64,000 nucleotides of DNA from contig OZ243961.1 of assembly GCA_965214605.1 (NCBI GenBank), positions 480,001 through 544,000 of the forward strand. Reading direction: 5' to 3'. Below the pieces are notes generated by a model that was given only the letters and a program-made list of their open reading frames with translations, was not told the DNA's origin and did no database searches. Of this stretch, positions 58,031-64,000 are shown in pieces. The translations under genes and the position numbers were made by a program. The stretch is from an uncultured Candidatus Binatia bacterium. GTDB taxonomy: Bacteria > Desulfobacterota > Binatia > Bin18. Each line of letters opens with the position of its first letter. Position 1 is the first letter of the stretch.

Positions 58031-59857
58031 TTGGATACTATGTCTGTGACCAACGAACAGATTGCCCAGCGGATCGCGGCATTATACCAACGTTTGCAGG
58101 AAGCCCGGGTTGATGCCTATCTGGTGCCGTCCTCAGATTCTCACCTCAACGAGTATGTCTCCGCCTATCAGCAACGCCGCGCCGCGATGAGCAATTTTAC
58201 CGGCTCGGCCGGAGATGCCTTGATCAGCCCTTACGGCAACCATGTATTTGTGGACTCACGTTATTACTTGCAGGCCGAGCAGGAAGTCGATCCCACCCTG
58301 TTTCGGATTCACAAAGTAGGCCTGGAGGGCGAGAAGACGCTGACCGAGTGGCTGCGTGACATGGAAAAAGAGCACGGCAATCTGCGGGTCGGCTATGATC
58401 CGTTTGTGGTGGCCATGGATATGCAGGCCGCCTATAGCCGCACGTTCAAGTCTGAGGATTCCGCCTTGGTGCCGATCTCTGGCAACCTAGTTGATGCGGT
58501 CTGGCAGGATCGCCCCCCGGCGCCCTTCCACCCGATCTACCTGCTGTCGGAGGCGGACACCGGCCGCTCGGTGGCCGATAAGCTTAGCGCGGTGCGAGAA
58601 AAAATGGCCGAGGAAGAGGCAACGGTTTTGGTCCTGACCAAGCTCGACGAGATTGCTTGGCTGACCAATCTGCGCGGCAGCGATGTCTCGTACAATCCGG
58701 TCTTTGAGTCCTACTGTGTTATTGAGCGTGAACGAGCGACGTGTTTTACCCGGCTCACTCCTGAACCCGACATTCAGGCTGCCCTGGCACCAGACATGAG
58801 CTTTGCCCCGTATGAGGCGTATACCGAGACCTTGCGGCGTATTCGCGACGGTCTGGAAGGAAAAATCTGGCTTGATCCGGCTGGTACAACGATGGGCACC
58901 CGCCTGCTCTTGCCCGAAGACCGCTGCCTGCACGAAGCGCGCAACCCGGTCGTATTGATGAAAGCGCTTAAAAACGAGGTTGAGCTCGCCCGCAGCCGCC
59001 AGGCTCATCAGCGCGCCGCCGCCGCCAAGATCCGTAGCCTCGTGCGTATGGAACACATGCGTGCCGTCGGGCAGTTCATTAGTGAAAAAGCGTACGCCCA
59101 GATGTTGCGCGACGAGTACGCCCGCGAAGACGGGTTTCGCGACCTGAGTTTTGCCACAATTTCTGCGGTTGGCGCCAATGGGGCGATCGTTCACTATGGT
59201 GGGGCCAACGACGAAGTTGCCCTGCAGGACGGCGAGCTGTTGCTCGTCGACTCCGGCACCCAGATGGGTGCCGGCACGACCGATGACACCCGGACGATTT
59301 GCATCGGTACGCCAACCGAGCGTCAACAGAAGCTGTATACCTTGGTCCTACGCTGTCATATCCAGTTAGCGAGACAAAAGTTTCCCGAAGGAACGGGGGG
59401 GGTCGCGCTTGACGCGCTGACCCGTGGACAGATGTGGAATGCCGGCCTCGACTACGGCCACGGTACCGGACACGGGGTTGGGGCGCTGCTCAACGTGCAC
59501 GAAGGCCCCCAGCGGGTCGCCACCCGTGGCAGCGATGAGCCCCTCCAACCTGGTATGATTATCTCCAACGAACCCGGCTATTACGAGGCTGGTTGGGGAG
59601 GGATTCGGCTTGAAAACCTGTATGTCGTTACAGAGGATAACACCCTCCCAGAGCACCCCAGCGGCAAAAAATGGCTCCAGCTAGAGACGCTTACCCTCAT
59701 TCCGTTTGACCACCGCTTGATTGACTGGGCCCAGCTCAGTCAGACCGACCGGAGCTGGCTCGCCGCCTATCATAGACAAGTCCTTGACACCATCGGCCCC
59801 CTGCTCAACGACAACGACCGGGCCTGGCTAGAGGCGGCGTGTGAACCGTTTATCTAG
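58031..59857 (+). CDS. Aminopeptidase P family (M24B)
   Basis: DSHLNEY, FTGSAG, DSRYY, GTTDDTRT, HGTGHGVG, SNEPGYY, IRLEN. Confidence 0.95.
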   Translation: MDTMSVTNEQIAQRIAALYQRLQEARVDAYLVPSSDSHLNEYVSAYQQRRAAMSNFTGSAGDALISPYGNHVFVDSRYYLQAEQEVDPTLFRIHKVGLEGEKTLTEWLRDMEKEHGNLRVGYDPFVVAMDMQAAYSRTFKSEDSALVPISGNLVDAVWQDRPPAPFHPIYLLSEADTGRSVADKLSAVREKMAEEEATVLVLTKLDEIAWLTNLRGSDVSYNPVFESYCVIERERATCFTRLTPEPDIQAALAPDMSFAPYEAYTETLRRIRDGLEGKIWLDPAGTTMGTRLLLPEDRCLHEARNPVVLMKALKNEVELARSRQAHQRAAAAKIRSLVRMEHMRAVGQFISEKAYAQMLRDEYAREDGFRDLSFATISAVGANGAIVHYGGANDEVALQDGELLLVDSGTQMGAGTTDDTRTICIGTPTERQQKLYTLVLRCHIQLARQKFPEGTGGVALDALTRGQMWNAGLDYGHGTGHGVGALLNVHEGPQRVATRGSDEPLQPGMIISNEPGYYEAGWGGIRLENLYVVTEDNTLPEHPSGKKWLQLETLTLIPFDHRLIDWAQLSQTDRSWLAAYHRQVLDTIGPLLNDNDRAWLEAACEPFI

Positions 59858-59945
59858 ATCGGAAAGGCTCAGCGATTTCAGCCCAGCTCAATATCGACCG
59901 TTAGAGCTGGCGGACTCCCGTTCACAAAGCTCAACCTGATCTCGG

Positions 59946-61169
59946 TCAGGCAACAATGGAGGCGGCTTTTAGGCTCTGGATATCGTCTGCACTGTAGCCT
60001 AGCTCACCCAAAATCTCATCGGTGTGCTGGCCGAGACCGGGGGGCGGGCTCTGCACAGCGGCCGGGGTGTCTGAAAAACGCCACACCGGCCCAATCGTCT
60101 CAAAGGGATCGGCGGCTGGACGCGTAATCTGTCGGACCACGTCCAACTCTTTTACCTGGGGATGCGTAAACACGTTTGTGTATGTGGTAAACGGCACCGC
60201 GTCGCCCTGAAACTCGTGAATGAGCCGAACGATCTCATCGTTGCTCCGCTGGGCAAACGCGCGCTCCCAAATCGGCTTGACCTCGGCCACATAACGGCCG
60301 ACCCCGGTCGCTTCGCGCCCAAAGTCGTCAAAGCGGGGGTCGGCCAGGCAGTCCTCTAGGCCGAGCGAAATCAGGAGCCGGTCCCAGTCTTCGCTGCTGC
60401 CCCGCCGGAGGCTAAAAAAGACGTGGCCGTCTTTGGTCTTATAGCCCTCATCGGGCGGCTTGGTGTAGTTGTCGAGATGGAAGCCGTACCAGTCATCCGG
60501 GTCGGTCATTGACGTCCACATGATGCCTCGCATGTGCAACAGGGTGCCCAGCATACTGACCGAGACGCGCTGTCCGCGGCCCTTGCGCAAACGGTGGAAC
60601 AGTCCGGCCGTGACCGCCTGAGAGACAAACACGCCAGTACTAAGACTGGCCACATCCGTCCCCAAACGCACCGGCGGCTCACCAATCCGGCCCAGCGAGT
60701 TCGTGTAGTCGGCCATGGCCTGAATCACGAGCTCGGCTCCGGGTAGATTCCGCAACGGTCCTTTTTCACCAAAGGCACTCACCGCGCAGTACACCAGTTG
60801 GGGATTGAGCGCCTGCAGGTCATTATAGCCAAGCCCCAGCTTGTCCACCTCATCCGGATCCAAATCTTCAAGCACCGCATCCGCCTGAGTCGCCAGACGC
60901 CGGACAATGGCCTGCCCCTCTTCTGTCCAGATATCAACCGCCAGACTCTTTTTATTACGGTTGAGACTTAAAAAAACGGCGCTGTCTTCGCCGACAAACG
61001 GCGGTCCCATGGCCCGTGACGCGTCCCCGTTAAGGGGCTCAAGCTTGATGATCTCAGCTCCCGCGTCCCCCAGCCGCATGGCACCGAAGGGACCGCACAA
61101 GCCCTGGGTCAAGTCGACAATGCGATAGCCGGACAGTGCACCAGGGCTTCTCTGCGATCTAGTCCTCAA
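59946..61169 (-). CDS. Class III CoA-transferase subunit, probably non-catalytic
   Basis: GAEIIKLEP, NRNKKS, GTDVASLSTG (Ser at the catalytic Asp position); start uncertain (TTG 61169 overlapping the upstream stop). Confidence 0.85.
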   Translation of the reverse strand: MRTRSQRSPGALSGYRIVDLTQGLCGPFGAMRLGDAGAEIIKLEPLNGDASRAMGPPFVGEDSAVFLSLNRNKKSLAVDIWTEEGQAIVRRLATQADAVLEDLDPDEVDKLGLGYNDLQALNPQLVYCAVSAFGEKGPLRNLPGAELVIQAMADYTNSLGRIGEPPVRLGTDVASLSTGVFVSQAVTAGLFHRLRKGRGQRVSVSMLGTLLHMRGIMWTSMTDPDDWYGFHLDNYTKPPDEGYKTKDGHVFFSLRRGSSEDWDRLLISLGLEDCLADPRFDDFGREATGVGRYVAEVKPIWERAFAQRSNDEIVRLIHEFQGDAVPFTTYTNVFTHPQVKELDVVRQITRPAADPFETIGPVWRFSDTPAAVQSPPPGLGQHTDEILGELGYSADDIQSLKAASIVA

Positions 61170-62310
61170 TGCCGAACTCACGCAGCACTTCCTGGGTATG
61201 CTCCCCCTTGAGGCCGCCGGGTCGAACCGGGCCAGCCGGGGTGTGGCTGAATTTCCACGGGACTCCATCAACACTAAGCCTACCCCAGTGGGGGCTGTCC
61301 ATCTCAACGATGTGCTCGTTTTGCAGGACCTGAGGATGATAACGGAGCGCCTCGAAATCCTGAAGTCGGCTGTGTGGAACCTGCTCCTTGGTCAGCCGAA
61401 TCATCCACCAGGCGACCGGTTTGGTCTGGAAACGCGCTTCAAGAATGGGGACCAACTCCTGCCTATGCTCGACTCGCTTGGGGTTTGTGATAAAACGCGG
61501 ATCATCAATCAGCTCCTCGGCCTTGACCGCCCGGCAGAAACGCGGCCACTGATCCTCACTGACTACCCCGACCGCAATATACTTCTGATCCTCGCACATA
61601 AAAGCCTGGTGCGGGACGGTCGTTGTCACCGCGCTGCCCATCGGTTTGGGTTGTTGCTTGGTGGCAAAGTATTCGGCCAGGCGGCTGGTTTGGAGCGACA
61701 ACGCTGCCGAGACCATCTCAATTTCAATATTCTGTCCCCGGCCCCTCTTCTCCCGGGCCAACAAGGCTTGCAGCACCGCCTCAACAATCATCGAACTGGT
61801 ATTGATATCCAAATGAGCAAAGTGGCGGAACATCTCGCCCTGTGAGCCGGATTGACCGGTGACGCTACACCAGCCGGAAAAGGCCTGTACGGTGGGGTCA
61901 ACTCCGGCTTCTCTTGCCATCGGTCCGGTTCTGCCGTAGGCCGAAGCCGAGACATAAATCAGCTTGGGATTGATCTGCGAGACCACATCGTAGCCGAGGC
62001 CGAGGCGCTCGACCGCTCCGGGGCGCATATTCTGGATGAAGACGTCGCTCTTTTCAATGATTTTTAGCGCAATCGCCCGGTCGGCCTCCTGCTTGAGGTC
62101 GAGCACGATGTGGCGTTTGTTGAAATTGGCCGAGATGTACAGGACCGCCGAACCCTTGATCGGCGGGGGAATATAGTGCGAGAGTTCTCCGTCCGGCGCT
62201 TCGACCTTGATGACATCGGCGCCCAGTTCGCCCAACAGCTTGGCCGCCCACGGACCAACCGCCGCAATGCTCAGATCAAAGATACGAATGCCCTCAAGAA
62301 TACCCGGCAT
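61159..62310 (-). CDS. Class III CoA-transferase subunit
   Basis: LGADVIKVE, NFNKR, QNMRPG, AHLDINTS. Confidence 0.92.
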   Translation of the reverse strand: MPGILEGIRIFDLSIAAVGPWAAKLLGELGADVIKVEAPDGELSHYIPPPIKGSAVLYISANFNKRHIVLDLKQEADRAIALKIIEKSDVFIQNMRPGAVERLGLGYDVVSQINPKLIYVSASAYGRTGPMAREAGVDPTVQAFSGWCSVTGQSGSQGEMFRHFAHLDINTSSMIVEAVLQALLAREKRGRGQNIEIEMVSAALSLQTSRLAEYFATKQQPKPMGSAVTTTVPHQAFMCEDQKYIAVGVVSEDQWPRFCRAVKAEELIDDPRFITNPKRVEHRQELVPILEARFQTKPVAWWMIRLTKEQVPHSRLQDFEALRYHPQVLQNEHIVEMDSPHWGRLSVDGVPWKFSHTPAGPVRPGGLKGEHTQEVLREFGIED

Positions 62311-62336
62311 ATTTCCTCCGTATCGACCGCCCCTTT

Positions 62337-62750
62337 TTACGTCTTGAGCGGTTTAAACTTGGCCAACGTGATCTCATCGGTCACATCGTCAAAGCGAATT
62401 TCGACCGGCATCCCGATCCGAATATCGACGTTGTCCACCTCAACCAGATTGGTCAGGAGACGTGGGCCTTCTTCCAGCTCGACCTCGGCAACGTTATACG
62501 GAATATCGTCTTTAAACGACGAAAAATAGGCCTGATGAAACACCACCCAGGAATTGACTCTGCCACGGCCGCTCAACGGTTGCCATGCAAAACTCCACGA
62601 CCAGCACGCGGGACAGAACGGGGTCGGCGGGTACCAGGTTTTGCCACAGGCGTTGCATTTCGGTAAGACAAACCGATGTTGCTTGAGGCCCTCCCAGTAT
62701 GGTCGATTGAGCGAAGAGACCGCTGGCATCGGTTTGGTGTATTCGGCCAT
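62337..62750 (-). CDS. DUF35 Zn-ribbon/OB-fold protein
   Basis: CNACG..YPP..FCPAC, SGRGRV, VELEEGPRL, IGMPV. Confidence 0.92.
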   Translation of the reverse strand: MAEYTKPMPAVSSLNRPYWEGLKQHRFVLPKCNACGKTWYPPTPFCPACWSWSFAWQPLSGRGRVNSWVVFHQAYFSSFKDDIPYNVAEVELEEGPRLLTNLVEVDNVDIRIGMPVEIRFDDVTDEITLAKFKPLKT

Positions 62751-62752
62751 GT

Positions 62753-63928
62753 TTACCTCCGGTAAATCAGCGAGTCACCATAGGCATTCGCCCACTGGGC
62801 AATCTCGGCATTCGGCACCTGTCGTGGTCCACATTCACCCCGTAACTGGCGTACCAGCTCGACCTGATGATTCCAGCCCATAATGTGTCCCTCAGACATC
62901 AGCCCACCATTGGTATTCATCGGCAGCTCACCGCCCACCTCAATCCGCCCACCCTGGGTAAACGCCGCCGCTTCCCCCTGACCGCAAAACCCGAACCGTT
63001 CCAGCGCGGTCCAGGCTAAAATGGCAAAGGCATCATAGGTAAACAACACGTCAACGTCCTGGGCCGAGACACCGGCCGTCTCGTATACCGGCTGGACGCC
63101 CGGCTGGTAGTCGAACACGTCCTGCTGTGAGGTCCCAAACCCGGGATAGGTCCAGATGAATTCGTGCCGCCCGGCGGGTAAGCCCTGCATCCCGCTGATA
63201 TAGACCGGGGGCTTTTTCATATCCTGGGCGCGTTCGGCGCTGGTCACAATCACGCACGCCGCCCCATCGTTAATCAGGCAGTAATCGAACAGGTGTAAAG
63301 GCTCACACACAAAGCGTGAGTTTTGATGATCGTCAACCGTGATCGGCTCGCGCATCATCGCCGCCGGATTGAGCGAGGCGTGTTTACGAAAGGCGACCGC
63401 CACAGCGGCCAGATCCCGACTCGTCGCCCCAAACCGATCAAAATATTTGCGGGCCACAAGCGCGGCCCCGGCTCCCGGCGAGGTCATGCCAAAGACCGGG
63501 TCTTCGCCGTGCCCACCGCCAGCCTCACGGCCGCCCTCGGCGTCCCCCGTCCCGCCCATCATTGGCCGACGAAAACCCGAGAAACTAAGAGACGCCAAAC
63601 ACGCCACCGTCTGTACCAAACCGGCGCTGACCATCATTGCTGCCCACTGAATACAGCTGGCGGTAAAACGGCCGTGCGCCCAGGTTTGGTTATAGGCCCG
63701 AAGCTTGAGGCCCAAGGCGTAGGCCAAGGTATCGGCGTCGGCCCCGACCGGCGTGCCAAAGCTGACAATCAGGCCGTCCAAATCGTCGCGCCCCAGCCCA
63801 GCATCATCAAGCGCGTTGCGAATCGCCTCGCCGGCCAGATCAATCTGACTGCGATTGAGACGCCGACCGTAGGGCGAGTGTCCCACACCGCACACCGCGG
63901 CTTTATCTTTCAAATCCCAGTCGGGCAT
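62753..63928 (-). CDS. Thiolase-like (SCP-x / lipid-transfer type) protein
   Basis: AAVCGVG, HASLNPAA, DYCLINDGA, YDAF, NTNGGLMSEGH, QLRGECGPRQV. Confidence 0.9.
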   Translation of the reverse strand: MPDWDLKDKAAVCGVGHSPYGRRLNRSQIDLAGEAIRNALDDAGLGRDDLDGLIVSFGTPVGADADTLAYALGLKLRAYNQTWAHGRFTASCIQWAAMMVSAGLVQTVACLASLSFSGFRRPMMGGTGDAEGGREAGGGHGEDPVFGMTSPGAGAALVARKYFDRFGATSRDLAAVAVAFRKHASLNPAAMMREPITVDDHQNSRFVCEPLHLFDYCLINDGAACVIVTSAERAQDMKKPPVYISGMQGLPAGRHEFIWTYPGFGTSQQDVFDYQPGVQPVYETAGVSAQDVDVLFTYDAFAILAWTALERFGFCGQGEAAAFTQGGRIEVGGELPMNTNGGLMSEGHIMGWNHQVELVRQLRGECGPRQVPNAEIAQWANAYGDSLIYRR

Positions 63929-64000
63929 CAGCAGCCCTCCTTCGTTTGACAAGGTAGGATACAAGCGCTGGAGGTGTCAACAGGAAGGGCTTAGCAAAGA

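Overview
A GC-rich bacterial chromosomal window dominated by redox and CoA metabolism genes: SDRs, LLM/F420-type oxidoreductases, enoyl-CoA hydratases, class III CoA-transferases and NTF2/SnoaL proteins. This content is reminiscent of Binatia-like bacteria (inference only). Main loci: (1) a partial soluble di-iron (toluene/alkene-type) monooxygenase alpha subunit running off the left edge, missed by the ORF track, with an unusual active-site pocket; (2) a stress/sigma54 cluster (USP, CBS proteins, sensorless kinase plus NtrC-type regulator, PPi-type PFK, degenerate bacterioferritin-like protein); (3) a ~7.5 kb defence-like island with a decayed HNH gene, a 28-bp/33-bp/28-bp direct repeat, a 1936-aa STAND-like ATPase and an IS5 remnant; (4) a candidate lipid-storage regulon with a WS/DGAT-like protein lacking the catalytic His, a lipase, a GNAT, a CRP, a phasin-like protein and an MLDSR/Rv0474-like XRE regulator, plus a duplicated 32-bp operator; (5) a complete type II-C CRISPR-Cas9 locus with 17 identical 36-bp repeats, cas2-cas1-cas9 and tracrRNA, whose two leader-proximal spacers are oversized (47 and 37 bp vs 29-31) and whose anti-repeat carries an extended -10 box facing cas9; (6) a thiolase-like/DUF35/CoA-transferase-pair operon at the right edge. 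All calls come from reading motifs by eye; no database searches were run.
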